Assembly: GCA_951406725.2 (NCBI GenBank)
Contig: OX597814.1
Span: forward strand, 37,014,001 to 37,078,000
DNA length: 64,000 nt
Source: Octopus vulgaris
Taxonomy: Eukaryota
Direction of reading: 5' to 3'
Positions 21,958 to 36,345 of the stretch are shown in pieces. Position 1 is the stretch's first letter; the number at the start of each line of letters is the position of its first letter. A program made the translations under genes and the position numbers. The notes below the pieces were generated by a model. That model was given only the letters and a program-made list of their open reading frames with translations, had not been told where the DNA came from and ran no database searches.

Positions 21958-24149
21958 TCTCATTCAGTGTCGTTTCCGTAAATGTATCTACCTCTGCTGG
22001 TAGTAGCCGTACCGATTCTACTTTTGTTGCTGTCGTTTCTGTCATTACTATATTTGTGTTAAAGGAGATCTCCGAAGAGCAAGGTCAGGCATTCGTCTTT
22101 TCCGCCACAGGAGTAGTAAAACACTACTCAAATTTCAGCAAACATAGTTTTGATTTAAGTTGCCTGCATAAAGCGAATTTTTTCCCATATTGAAAACAAA
22201 TGGTGCGAAGGTTCTTTGTCAAATCTCTAGGTAACGACTACGGCAAGCAGTTTTGATCTCTTCTCCATAAAAGCTGATTTGCCGCAGCTCCCTTCACTAT
22301 GTCCTTATAACTATGTTACAATATTAAATGTGATAAGGAGTCTTTGGTCAGACAAAGCATTACCCAAAAGAATTTTATCAAAAAACTACTTAGCGTCAAC
22401 TCTAAATCACTGCCGCACGAATAGGGGAAGTAGCAGGAGCATACTGAAAAGACAGTATTGAGAAGGCGATAATACGGGAAGAATATTCTTGAGTCAGAAA
22501 GCACAACTTTACAATCGTATAAAGCCATAAGAAAAGAAAAGGGTTGTCAAGATGCTGCAAAAGACAAAATAAAGACTGGAATGCAACAATTCCTAATACG
22601 ATCCCGAAATATAACAGGGACACAAACCTCCCAGCGGATATGTTTAATAACTTAGTGATTGATTAGAAGGACAAACAAGGGAAATTCTCTCAACTCACAA
22701 GGTACAAGAATAAATCTAATGATTAAAATCCCGTAGTCACGCTTCTTAAAGCCTACAAGTATTGTTACCTTAATATACTTACTGAAGTTACAAATTGGTT
22801 CCATATTCAATAGTTTTATTCAGCACCCCCTAAAATAAAACAAACAAAAAAAGCAAAAAAAGGGCTTGCACCATCTTTAAATAGCCCTCCACAGATGCTG
22901 CTTTGACTAGAGTATCTTTTATAATATACCGTATAATATACCGGCTATTAGCAGTGGAAGATCCACTGATACCCATGAAAGCACGCATGGCACATCGGAA
23001 AGAAGGCACGTAATTGGGCAATGGCTAGTAAGACGAAGCTCTACATTAGCCAGCTACAAGTAGGTGAGTACTCAAAGAGCTTCGAGCAGTAATCACCGCT
23101 GAAGTTTACACTTGTTGCAGACTGCAGGTGGGCTCATTTGTATGAGGAGGAGAACATCATACTGGAAACCATTCTAAAAGAATATAGTACCATGAAAATA
23201 AGAATCCTGGTGGAAATTTTGTACTAAATATTTCAAATTGCGTTTCGCACAGAAGAAGGGAAAAACTGGTTATCTACATGTTCCCAGCTGAAGACTGTGC
23301 CAGATCGCACATATAAGAAAAGAGCTTAAAAGGCTGCGCTCCATAAAAGGCAGAACGATGCACGTGACAAAGGAAAAACAGTCTCGAGCTATCTCAGCTC
23401 CAAATGATAAAACATATCTATTAGACAGAATCATACAGAATCCATACTGTAAGGCTAATTCAGCCGTCGGTACCCCATTCAGGCAAAGCGGCCAAGCGAA
23501 AAGAAGTCCTAGGACCCGGAATACCTGCTGAAGATTCAAAGAGAATCGAAATGATGAGCTTGCAAAATCAGAAGAATTTTCAACGTCTTTAAGTTACCTC
23601 TGAAGTATAAGAGACAAAATATCTCTGATATTTATTTCACCAGACCCATTAATATCCCAATGAATAAAGAAAATATGAACATATGACCTCATTTCATAAG
23701 AAAAATAAAGGGGATGATACTATAATTAACATGCCTATAAATATCAGTCATTTCCTGCAGATTATAAAGGAAACGTGAATAACAAAACGTGGCATAAACT
23801 ACATATAATAAAATAATATCACGCCCTAATCGACGACATGATTTTACACCTGTCTTTATGGGGTCACTCAATGCAAATTCTTGTATTTTGAATCTACATA
23901 CGCAATAGTTTGTCCTATGAGGCTTAGTCGTTTTTGTGGCGCTGTTGCAAAGCCTTTCCATTATTTCGCGCAGTCAGTAGATAAAATTCAAATGATATAT
24001 CGTAATATTTGTTGCTACTATAACATGGCTGTTTTATACAGAAATATGTTACTACATTTTAACCCCAGTAAATCATTTTTTCAGCTGGTTAACGAAACAA
24101 TTACTATTACGTTTCTTCCTGAGCCATATAGACGCTGGAATGAACTTCA

Positions 24150-24312
24150 CATATATACATACTTACATACATACATACATATACACATACATACATATAT
24201 ACATACATACATACCTACCTACATACATACCTACATACCTACATACATACATACATACATACATACATACATACATACATACATACATACATACACACAC
24301 ACATACATACAT
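24150..24312 (+). repeat. (TACA)n microsatellite
   Basis: Direct reading. Confidence 0.9.
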
Positions 24313-26559
24313 TTTCACCAGTCTGAATATATAGTGCGTATGCGTAATGGGCACATTGTTAATGCAAATACCGGTTCTAGGTACACATAGATGCTTTATC
24401 ATGTAGTGGAAGTACTCGAATCAGCTACTTTTCCTCTCATATGTATATAATGTCTTACTTTACTTATTAAGCAAATTCTTTTCTTTTTTTTTATCTGAAA
24501 GAAGAATATGAAATTATTTCAGATGTAATCTGTTGACACACCAGATATTGGACAATTCTGTTTACATAAACCTGTCATATACAGAGAAAGCAATTTCTGC
24601 GTATCGAGGATGCACAAATTAAAGATGGTTGTTTTAGTTGCCCTAAGTGTTGATATATTTGAAGTAGACTGGATGGAATAGCACTAAACCGTGTGACATA
24701 CATTTAACAGTGTCGTGATGTTTTTTGTGGAGGTGAGAAGAATCGCAAACGTGCAAACTAGACCGAAATACTAGAACTTCGTAAGACTTACCAAGCAAGT
24801 AAAAATGCATCATGCGATCTTATATCTTGGCCTCTCCTTTCCCCTCCTTTCATGACAAATTTTAATTCGGTCACCGACGAACTCAAAACAAGTGATTCCT
24901 TAAACATATTCATTTCACGAAAGAGCGTCAAAAAGGTAAATATTGCTTTGTAGAGTGGCAGACTACTGCAGGATATTAACGAGAGAGATATATAAGTATC
25001 TCAGATAATCAATCGAGGTTTCTTTCCGTATCACAGGATATGTTTTGAATTACTTTTAATAAATATCTAACTATATGCGTTTTTAATGATAGTATTGACT
25101 ACCGATACACAATTATTTACCTTTAGCACAAAAAAGAAAAGAACTGATTATTTTCAACGTTAAGCGCGAAAGAAAATAATTTGTTTCTCTATTGTGAGAA
25201 CATTTTTAAAGTTATGGTGTTTCTCGCTCATAAGTCCAAAAAATATTTGGCATATATAAAGTGGCAGAAATTTGAATATACTAAACTGATTCATGCAAAT
25301 AAAGCTGGAAACTGTTTTCGATTTTCATCATGAAATTACATTGCATAGCTAACGAGAGGCAGATGATGACATGGACGTTAAGCACATCTACAGATATCAT
25401 GTGCCGAAATACAACTAGGGGTAACTTCGAAGTGTTTGCCTTGAACGCCGCTAATTTAATCGAATCTTGTGGTTCTATATCAGCTATCAATGTTCTATAT
25501 CTTCGACCAACACCTCCCAAATCATAAATTTAAACAATTCCCTCCCCGTATATGTTCGAATAAGCATTAGTTCATTTAATAACCATGCTTTGTGAGGATA
25601 CTCTTCGTCTACTTTTAGGTGTGACAAAGAAACTATAATCAGTGTGAGCTGCAGTCTTCTTTTTAAAGGTAAAAATCAAAACTTGTGCTAACGTATGATC
25701 TTTAAAATGCACTAGTATATGAGTTTTCTGTTATCTTGTTCCACGCAAAAGATCTTACATCCGGACCCACAGCATGAAACCAATCGGGGTTAGATTTCTT
25801 TCAGCATACTTTCCAGAATTGATTTTGGAATATACGATTCTTTTACTGGGTGAATAATTTGTAGTTATTTGCGTTATTGTATTGTGGGCTGTGATAATAT
25901 TTGCGGTTAAGCGGTAGCATTATTAATGTTATGGTTAATGATGTTGATGCTGTTGTGGCCATTAGCACAGCTTCTTGCTTTGATGGCGCTACTACTGGTG
26001 TTTGTGATTACAATGGCAGTAATTCTGTTGTCTAAGATGCCATGTGTTTAAGACATCAAGCCTTTGTACTAAAATTTCATGCAATTAACGCCAGCACCAC
26101 CTTTAATATCACTGGCGTTCGATGTGAAAGTGGTGATGGTAGCGATGATGATTGTGCCGCTGGGGATCTAGTGGGTGCAGCTGTGCAAATGATTTTGAGG
26201 AAAATCGCATTTTTCCTACTCCATTGTTTTACAGAAAGAGAGTACACTTTACAACTCCAATTTCCTATTTAATTTTCTCTTCCTCTCGGTCGCTTTCCTA
26301 TAAACAAGTAAAGCTACATTAAATTAAATTTCTTTGTCTTTTTAATTAGAATTGACGAAGATTAAAAAAGGAAAACCTGCTCCCAATGGAGGCCGAAACA
26401 ATTATGCGATCCGTGCACCATGACAATGATCAGTTCCGCAACATGATACTATTCTTTCTTTTTAAAAAAATGTTTAAATAAGCAGTCGCAAATAAATACC
26501 ACATGCCTCAACGTAATAACATGTCACAGACTAACGTAAATGAACAGCTACTGCTAATA

Positions 26560-26594
26560 TTACTACTACTACAACAACAACAACAACAACAACA

Positions 26595-26663
<69 letters not shown>

Positions 26664-26820
26664 CATAACCCTGTCATCTAAAAGCACAAGGCCTAAAATC
26701 CGGGGAAAGGAGAATAGTCGATTACAACGACCCCAGTGTTTCAACGGTACTTAATATATCAACCCTGAAAGGATGAAAGCCAAAGTCGACTTCAGTGGAA
26801 TTTGAACTCAGAAATTAAAG
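26560..26820 (-). mobile_element. SINE copy with the alternative tail ending in (ATT)n/(TAG)n/(TTG)n
   Basis: Reverse complement of gagttcaaattcc...gtcgactttggctttcatcctttc...aggccttgtgc followed by trinucleotide repeats. Confidence 0.7.
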
Positions 26821-26939
26821 TCCCAAAGAATCGTTACATTTTCTCCCCCAGTTACAGCATGATTGTGGTGTTTGTACCATTTTTCAGCAGTTTTGATTTT
26901 ATAATGCTGACATATTATCCAGTGTAGATATTGGCCAAC

Positions 26940-29870
26940 TCTGGTAAGTCTTGTTATTGATTTTGTATGGTGCTAAAACGTTACATCTAGAGATTAGATT
27001 TTCTATTGTTTAAATCGCATCGTTGCAGTATCGGCACTATGAGTCTACTCACTTTTCATCACATTGGGTTGGTAGTTCCGGGTCAATAAGCTCTGATCTT
27101 AAGCAGCTAAGATAAAGCATTCGTTCTCTGTCTCCATCCGTGAATTCTTTAGCTACTGATGGGTGTGCTCCTGGTATACATCAGCTTGTTGCTACGAGCC
27201 ACATATTTGCCATTCAGAGACTTTTGTTCCGACATGTCAGTCGATTTTTCAAATGCTTGTTCCTTTGCCATTCATTTCATCATCTTTGCAACAACTGCTG
27301 ACGCACCGCCATCATGCAACCTGAGTATTATACATGTTCTCACTAGCAAATATTTTGGTCTCCTTCAAGCCAGAATGAAGCTTCTCACATCTTTCATGAT
27401 TTTCAACGACTTTTAGCATCTAGTCGTTAGGTGTTTCAAGGCATTTAGTCAGACCAGTTCTGGTGGTTTTGTAAGACATTTCAAATTGGATCAAGCCTCA
27501 ACTTCCTTAGGCTCTGGGAAGGTAAAGACGATCTGCGTCTGCCTTTGGGTTGTGCATCTTATTGCAGGTCAGCAGCTTACGGATTTTCCTATTAACCTTC
27601 CTTATTTCACTGATATTCCAATTCAACACATTGAAGCTATAAATAACCTCAACAACTAAGGAATTTATGGCTAACACCTATTTTCATGCATCTAACTCAG
27701 AATTATGATCTGCTCGTACTCTCCTGTAACATTCCATCCTGATCCTATCTTTCATGCTTACATGCTGAACGCTAAAGCCCTTATTTATTCTGAAGTATTT
27801 GTGTGTGCTTCCTCAAGTTGTTTTATGATTGTGTCAACATCTAACACCACTGAACGAGAGGTGTTCCATTTCTCTTTCTGGAAAGTTGCCTTGGCACATT
27901 TATCATGAAAAAATTCCATCCAGATGTCGTCACTGCAAGCTTTTACAATACATTGTATATATTTAAGCCCATTATCATTTTTGCCCTAGCATTCATAGTC
28001 ATTCATGTCGTTAATTTTATACCAATATTCTGTACTGTTAAGTTCACTTGTAAGGGGTATTAGGGCTATGTAAAAATAGTGGTAAAAGTGAGTCACCTTA
28101 GAAATAGCCACAGTTGATATAAATATTATTTGTAATCAGCACTCCATTAGAATGGCATAACTGGATAAAAGTATTCCACAATGACACGTTGTACTTCAGG
28201 AAATTTGAAATTACAGGAGAAATTTTGAAGAAACAGCGATTTAAAGAGCCATGAATGCCGTTTTCTGTCAAAGTCCTTTTTTATAATCAACCCACGAGGA
28301 ACTGAGATTTCTGCATTTGTTATGACAGTGCTCAAGGATCATAAGATTGGTTAGATGTTAATCTTTGCCCGTCGGTAAACTTTTTGTTCAGTGGGGAAAA
28401 TATCATTCTGTTCCATAAAGGCATATGCTTTCTCCAGAGGAGAAATGTTATACGTGGTAGATAGACAGGTAACAGGCCGATAATTATGGGGAAATTTGGT
28501 TTTCTTATTCTTTGGCAGTAGTTAAGGAATACCACTTGCTAACCAATCATGCGTTTGCTTACGATATCTCATAATCTCATTGAATTGTTCAACTAAATTT
28601 TTGTGTGCACACGGGTGCGATGCGAGCCAGAAATTGGGCACCCTATCTTCACCAGAAGATTTCCGCATATGTGCTTTCGTGGGTGTCATTCTTAGATCTG
28701 CTGTGATGATGTCTTCCCACAATTATTCCGCTAAAATTTGGTAGGATCTTCTGTGATTCTAATCCTGTCTGCATTATCATTGTATGTTTTTTCCTCAATC
28801 CAGATATTTTCCCAAAAGTTTCCAACTTTTCTCATTGGAGAGGGGTCAGCAACTATTATTTTCTCCTTTGCTGTTTTTCAATAGAATATTTTCACATTGG
28901 ATGTGAACAGCTTATTTTGCTTGTAAAACTTGTTTCTCCACTCGAATCTTCATATTCTTTGAGATTTTGCTTGGACTTTTACTTGCAGTGATTCTTTTGT
29001 TCAAAACAGTTCTTCTCTTGATGAGAAGCTATATATTTTCTTCGCGTTTCTCTTTTGGTTTTTCCACAAATTAGTTAATGTAATAATGATATTTCACCTC
29101 TCAATATTTCAGTCGCTTTTTCAAATTTTACTTCTCAGGTTTGGAATTCTTCCTAGGTCTGTAATTCTTTGTTTCTTTCGGAGGCATATAACTGGTTTCA
29201 ATTATCTTAGCAGAAGCGTAAATAATTTCATTTAACTCAGTGAGATTAGGATTTCGTTCTTGTATGTTTTCTTTTGTTACATAGTTGGCAATTTCAATTT
29301 CTATTTTGTTTATTATTATTATTTTGGATTGTATTTGAGAGTTTATGTTGTGGTTTTCTATCATGCATATTGGCATGTCTTAAAACTGAAATCTTATTCA
29401 GGGATTTTATCCTTCACTTTTATCATAGACTATGTATTCTCCAGTAAATATTTGATCTTCAAATACTGTTTCTTTATCACTTTCCTTACTATCTTTATCA
29501 GGTTCATTACAATCTATTTCTCCAGACATTTCCATGTCAGATGGCAGTCTTTTACATGAGATTCTTGGAGGGTTGCTTTCTTCATCTGATTCTTCAGTTC
29601 ATTTCTCTCTTACGTTTAGGTAATTTTCCGTTGCGTGCATGATCACGGTTATTTCACTGCCTGTGAGTCTATTCTTTCTAAAGATATCTCTTCCAACATT
29701 AGTTAACTTGTTTTCGTCCAAATAAGGCTTGCCGTCTTGACTTCGTGTTCTTCATAATTGATAAGAGTGTGCGGTGTGTTTCTCTGCTGACGGCCTACCT
29801 AACAGATAGAAACATACGTATATAACTTCTGTATAAACTTCTTTGGTCCGTTTGATCTGTTTACATTTTT
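26940..29870 (-). pseudogene. Large decayed R4/Dong-like LINE
   Basis: NLTELNEIIYASA, KSSGED.VPNFW, WLASGIP, DFD...HSWL, GYF.GDSLLPLF and RGLIQ-like motifs in order on the minus strand, with many stops. Confidence 0.75.
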
Positions 29871-31559
29871 CTTTCTGTGGTAGCTGTGGTGGTGAACTTG
29901 CAGTGACCATCAAGATTCGCATTCAGAGAAGTGTTTTTGCCAGTGGATTACTTTTGACCCTAGACTACTTCTCTCCTGAACATGCGCTTTCAGATAAGCT
30001 ATGTGCTGTAATTTTACAGCATTTTTGTTACGCAAGAGATTCTTGTGCTACATTCTTGTGTGGCAGATGCAGAGACGATTATTATTTCAGCCACTGTTGT
30101 CAACTCTGCCGTCATTACTGTTACAATTAATTCAAACTTACAATTACAACAGCTGTGTCCATCGTAAGTAAGCACCAATACCACGGTGCCCTGTATCATT
30201 TTAGACAGCCTTGTAGCCATAGCAACAATGTAACCGTTATCATCGTTGTTATGAGCTCCTAGAGCATTTAGTTAAGTCTGTCAGCTTTACTCATAATACA
30301 TTGTTTAGTTTCGACCTTTCCCTTTTACTTGAGATAATCATAAATACGTGAGGGCTGGAGGGATAGCAAGGGAAAAGAAGCACTTTGGTGAACACAGTCA
30401 AATACCACCAGGGGATCAACAATGTAGCTTTACATTTCTGTGTGATCAAAAAACATTTTAAAAAACAGCAGCGGGCACTTCCCGCAGCAGAAGTGAAATG
30501 TGTATTTACTACCACAGTGATAAATGGATGCAGTGAGCTTGGAAAGAACGAATACCACTTCTGCTTTAATTACTGGTAGAACACACACACACGCACACAC
30601 ACACACACACACACACTTACATTTAAACTTGAATTTCTCTTTTTTTTACTAGTTTTGCTGTAATCTACAGTTTTTGTAATTGTGCAGTTTGTAAATATTG
30701 TCAGTTGTTTATCTCCTGCATTTTTATCAGTTATGGCAAGTGTTTGGAGAATCAACAAATTTTCCTGGATAAGCAAGAGGGATGTTTGTGTGTTCGAGAC
30801 GCTACGATAATTTAAAGGATTATATAGGTATTCAGACGCTACGATAATTTAAAGGATTATATACTCACAGAGTGTCACTTATTTTGAAATAGCTAAAGTT
30901 AAATAGCAGGAGGCGTTTAATAGGAATCTTACAATACAAAAGGTATTCAGATATTCAGATAGTCAGAGAGAAAAAGCTAAATATTCAAATAAAATCGTAG
31001 ATATTAAAGATTCTGAAGTGTCTATTCGTGGTCGTTTGTGAGTCCGTCCAGAGGAAACTGTAATGTCCTTGCAATAAAAGGGATGATCGCATATTCGGAT
31101 AGCTAGGGAGAAACGAAATATTAATTATTCAAAGACAGTTGTAAATATTAAAGATATTAGAAATTTTAAAGGTGATCGCTTGTGTGTCTGCCAGAGAAAC
31201 TGCAGCGTCCTTGCAATAAAAGAGATGTTTACATATTCAAACAGTGGGGGAGACAGGAAGGTTAAACATTCACAGGAAAGTTTAGATATCAACGATTTTA
31301 AAGGTTTTGAAAATGATATTTGTGTGTCCAGCCAGAAAGAAAACTGTAGATTGATGAGTTTTCAACCTTATTTTGAATGGAATTTTAAATACTCACAGGG
31401 AATTGTAGATATTCCAGTTTTTAAAAGTTACTTTCCAGTTGTTCTGCTGGGTTGTGCTTTTATTTCTGTGTTTTCGGCTGCTGACTTGTCAGAGCAGCGA
31501 AGATCACGTCTATCGGCTCTCAAGGCTAGTGCCCGCTGCATCATCATCATCATTAATAT

Positions 31560-32550
31560 TTCCATATACACTCAACAGATTACACCGCTGGAAGAGAAAA
31601 AAAAACCTAACATCTGGTTACAAGTAACCTCAAATGCCAAGAACCCGCCCAAGTATCTTACATGTCCCTAATAACACTGTTATCTGGAGTTGTACTTAGC
31701 TGCGTTTTATACCTTTTTCCCTCTATCCATCTGTTCAGATATTTAGGGATAGTTTCTAATGCAACTATAACTACTGGGATACATTTTATCCGTACTTTCC
31801 ATAGTCTTTGTAATTCAATAGCTAGGTTCTGGTACTTTGGTATTTTCTCTATACTTCTCATATTTATGTCTTCATCATTTGCGACTGTAAAGTCAATTGT
31901 CTGGCACTTTCTATTTCCTTTATCTACTACAATTAAGTAAAGCCTTCTAGCTTCTATTACTTTGTCAGTCAGACTCTTAAAGTCCCACAACATCGTATAT
32001 TTCTTACTTTCTAGTACTTTACTAGGTTCATGTTCATACCATTTATCAGTATGTTCAAATCCTAGCTTACTACATAGCTCCCAGTGGGTTACTCTCCCTA
32101 GATTGTCATGTCTTTTCTAGTATTCTTTCTGTGCCAGAATGCTACATTCACTTCCCATATCAGTAAAGATTTCCGCTTTTGCTTTGCTTAATCCACATTC
32201 GGAAGTTACCTGGGTTTTGTCTATCTTGGCTTTTATCCATTTCGTCTTAATGCTTGATCTTGCGCAGCTACTAACAAACCTTCTGTCGCCTTCTGCAAGC
32301 ATAACCATGTCGCACTAAAACTATTTTCTGCATATATCTTTCAGAATTTACCATGCAAAGCCTTCTCCTACCAGTCATATCATTCTTGTTATTTTTCTGA
32401 TTGTAAAGTTCCATTGGTGATATGGTTTCCCTATTTCTTGCTGTGATTGCAGCAGCTTTTAATAAACAATCTTCACTATTACCAACATAGGAATATATAT
32501 CTAATCTAGCTAGTTACGCACAGTCTTCTACTGATATTAATCTTTTCAAC
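31560..32550 (-). pseudogene. R4/Dong-like LINE 3' part with restriction-like endonuclease
   Basis: KAKIDKTQ..SEC.L......CSILAQKEY, then LWDF..TDKVIEARR..IVVDK..C..ID....D......EK..KYQNLAIELQRLW....IPVVI.AL. Confidence 0.85.
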
Positions 32551-33119
32551 CTTCGTTACCAGGTAGATATAATCTTGCTACTCCTGCCTATAATATTTGA
32601 ATTATTATAGAGTGAAAGAGCAGCACATACCATCAAAGTGACACTGGGGTGCAAATATACGAAGCCCAACATGTCCATCATGACTACCCGGCTGGAAAGG
32701 GTACAACAGGCACATATATCATAAACATATGTGCGCGACATGGTGACCTCATATCAAGATTAACAGCACATAACCTTGCAATGGGACCTGGTTAGAATTT
32801 TCTTCAGGTCGAGTAGCTAATCCCTCTCAAAAGGTCCTTCAATGAGGGTCGTTTAAGGATGTTGAACAAAATACACATGTCTCCAAACCCCAAACATACC
32901 CTCTCAACACATGGCTATCATGCTCCCCACTACTTCTGCTCGTAATCAAATATGCACATATAGTTAGCCACTAAAAGATATGCTCAACAGCTTATGGAGC
33001 AGAATATTTACTGTAACCCATCTTTTATACAAAGACAAAACAATGTACATGATAACGCTTCCAATCAGTTTAAAATCAAAGTCCAGGACAGCCACAGCCA
33101 GTTGCTCCATCAGGGCATT

Positions 33120-33450
33120 TATTATTATTATTTATTGTCTTTGCACAACTTCAAACGCTGGAGATGTACTACGGTGCCAGCTGTTCACTACCAGTGAACT
33201 AAGGTAACACTCCTTATTTTTCGTGCACTATCTGGAATATTCGAACGGTTCCAAGCAACGCTGTTTTCTGCAAGTGCAACACCCTTAGTGCAGCCCCTAT
33301 TTGTTCCATGTATCTCTTAAGATTTTTACTCACTGTCCCCAGATCTCCAACAATTATTGGTACTACTACCACATTTTCCCTCGACCACTACTGCTTAACC
33401 TCCCAAGTTAAACTGCCATATATATCAACTTTGCTTTATGATTTTCGATG
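33120..33450 (-). pseudogene. R4/Dong-like LINE 3' end with (TAA)n tail
   Basis: VVPIIVGDLGTV...HLQKTALLGTVRI C-terminal motif, 3'UTR, then (AAT)n. Confidence 0.75.
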
Positions 33451-33611
33451 ATGCGTCGGGTTTATATGTTCCTACCACTTTTTTGCACTGTCAAGTCCAT
33501 ATTTATTGCAAAGTGTCCAATGAACAAAGTAAAAAAATGTACATGATAACACTTCCAATCCGTTAAGATCAAAATCCATGACAGCCACTACCGATTACTG
33601 CATCAGGGCAT

Positions 33612-33995
<384 letters not shown>

Positions 33996-34199
33996 ACAGT
34001 GTGCGTGTTGTATTACTGGATAATTTATACTTTTATTTGTGTTTTCCTAATGTGCTTCATTTCTAAAATTTTTGTTTTGAAACGCTTGTTGAAACCATCA
34101 GCTTTGCATAGGTTTGCTCGTTTTGTTTGCTTGTGCCCCATTGGGAGGCTGAAAATTGAAACGAAAATTTTTAATATGTTTTCAAAAAATAATTTTAAA

Positions 34200-36345
34200 A
34201 AGCAGCATGTTGATGTCCGCTCTGATCAGGAACATGGAGGAGGAAGTGAGAGGTAACTCTCATAATGAGTTGCAATAAATATCAACGTCCTCTGCTTTCA
34301 GCCCTCAGTTTGAGGGGAGGTGAACTTTTACCAGATTCAAAGCACAGTGAACTGCACTACCATCAACACAACAGAGGAATTTAATTCCAACAATAAATTT
34401 GACATACCATAATAAAAGTGACAAGTTCGACCACCATTAACACTTTCACCATCACTACCTCTACAAGAGGAAAAATCCTTATGGAAGGAAAAACAAAAAA
34501 AAAATGTTGCCCTGAAAGTCGGTGGGTGCCTATGTCAGACCGAAACATTTCAAACTTGACCAATTTTGCCGCTTGGACCAGACATAATACTTTGTGCGGG
34601 ATTTCCATCCTATAATGTTCCGTGGCTTTAGCATTTAATGTTGATATTGTTGTTGATGTTGTTATTATATAGGTCGGAAAGATCGTAATATACAAAAGCT
34701 GTTTCCTTAAGGAAAAAAACATCCGGCGACGGCTAGCCAAATAGACATGGAAGGAGTGCTCAAACCAATAATTCAGAATATGTGAAGAGCCTAGATATTT
34801 AAGGGCATTTCAGTGTTCTTTAAGAATGAAGCAATCTCTAGCCAACAAACACTTTGTGGTTCCATGCCAGATCAGAGGGAAAACCGCTTTCCCTCCATCA
34901 TATTCAGAAAGGAGGACGGTGAGATTGAAGATCTCTGGTATTCAACCCGAGGTTAATGTATGGTGCGTTTTAGCGTGCTTGGTATTGGAATTAAAGAACA
35001 GCTTCTTGGATATGAAGGGAACATATAGTAAAAACTTATCTTGGATAAACGTGAAGGTGTTACTCTACATAAAATCAGACGTGATACACAAGATCGTAGA
35101 TCTCATTTTGTTTTCAGGAGGGAAACAGCTGCATACTAAAGTTGAGAGTAGATGGTCTTGCTGCCACCCGAGTGACAAGTTCGGTCAATTGAGAGCTTTC
35201 TACCCTCAACAGAAGATAGGGACCATAGGAATGTCTTATTGCGATCAGCAATTCTCCAAAAGCCACAACTAAATAGCATCGAGCAACAACAAAAGCAGCA
35301 TCAGCCTAGCAGCAACAGCAAAATCAAGAACAGCAAGAGCAAAGCCAGTAACTGCTACAAGAACGTCAACACCAGGAACAACTGGAAAACAAGCAACACT
35401 AACAACACAAGCAGCAAGTGGACCACCACCACTGCCTTCAACAAGAGAAAGAATTATAATGGACATGCACAAGATACAGGTGCTCTTCCAACGAAACCCC
35501 CTACTCCCCCCTCTCTCTCTCTCTCTCTCTCTTTCAATTTCTCTCTGCCTTACCACATATTCTAAACATACTGTTAGTCCTGCATCACGAATTTAGAATC
35601 CCCAAACCAAAAGAAAAGACAAAAGTAAAACATGATAAATCATTATACCTCATACGAACAAACACAAACAAAAGCATAGGAATCATATTCGCAACGATCA
35701 CATGTCCGCAGCAATCACAGAAGCACCTAATGCAAAAACAAACTCTGCAGCATTTCAAATCTCGACACAGCCACGACCGTCACAACCGGCTCCACCGGTA
35801 TTATCACAACCGCGGAAACCCACTAAAATGAAACACTCACAACAGCAATACCCAACCAGGCAAACAAAAGTTTCTACGAGGGCTAACAAAGAACTGATGA
35901 CTCTCGTAACAAGAAGGTAGGACGTCGATTGAGAATAGTAAGGTCTACGCACCGTTCAAGTGCCAAAAACATTGACGAAGGTCCGTATGCCGCTGGAAAC
36001 AGAAATATTAGCGAGAACTTCCCTCACAGCGTGAACATCTTTAGAGCTTCCCTCACAATGTAGAAAGACCTGGTGTAAAAGTCAGGAACAGAATTTTAAG
36101 GGAGTTCCAAACGAAGACCCAACCAGTATATAGGTTGAACCACCTGACCTCCAGCAGCACCTGGTGGGTGAGTAGTCCCACATTTTACCTCCTTCTCTGA
36201 ACTCTTTCCGACCACCATGGCGAGTTTAATCGTAGGCTATATAAATAATCGTGGCCTGGAGTCGCCCTGGAAGCAATGTCGTTCACTCAAAGCACTCAGC
36301 TCACTCACTAGGATTGTGGCGGTTATCAGCGAGACCAAGATTTCC
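34200..36345 (+). pseudogene. Old Tx1-like LINE: decayed ORF1 and start of ORF2
   Basis: RRTVRLKISGIQPE...KVESRWSCCH resembles ORF1 RVSRITIRNVPP...AEGKKPRCYKC; MASLIVGYINNRGLESPWKQ...VISETK at ~36218 matches the ORF2 start; left boundary approximate. Confidence 0.7.

Noticed and set aside
22280-23600. Higher-complexity, purine-rich stretch resembling a decayed coding element
   Set aside because: No diagnostic motif could be read confidently in any frame.
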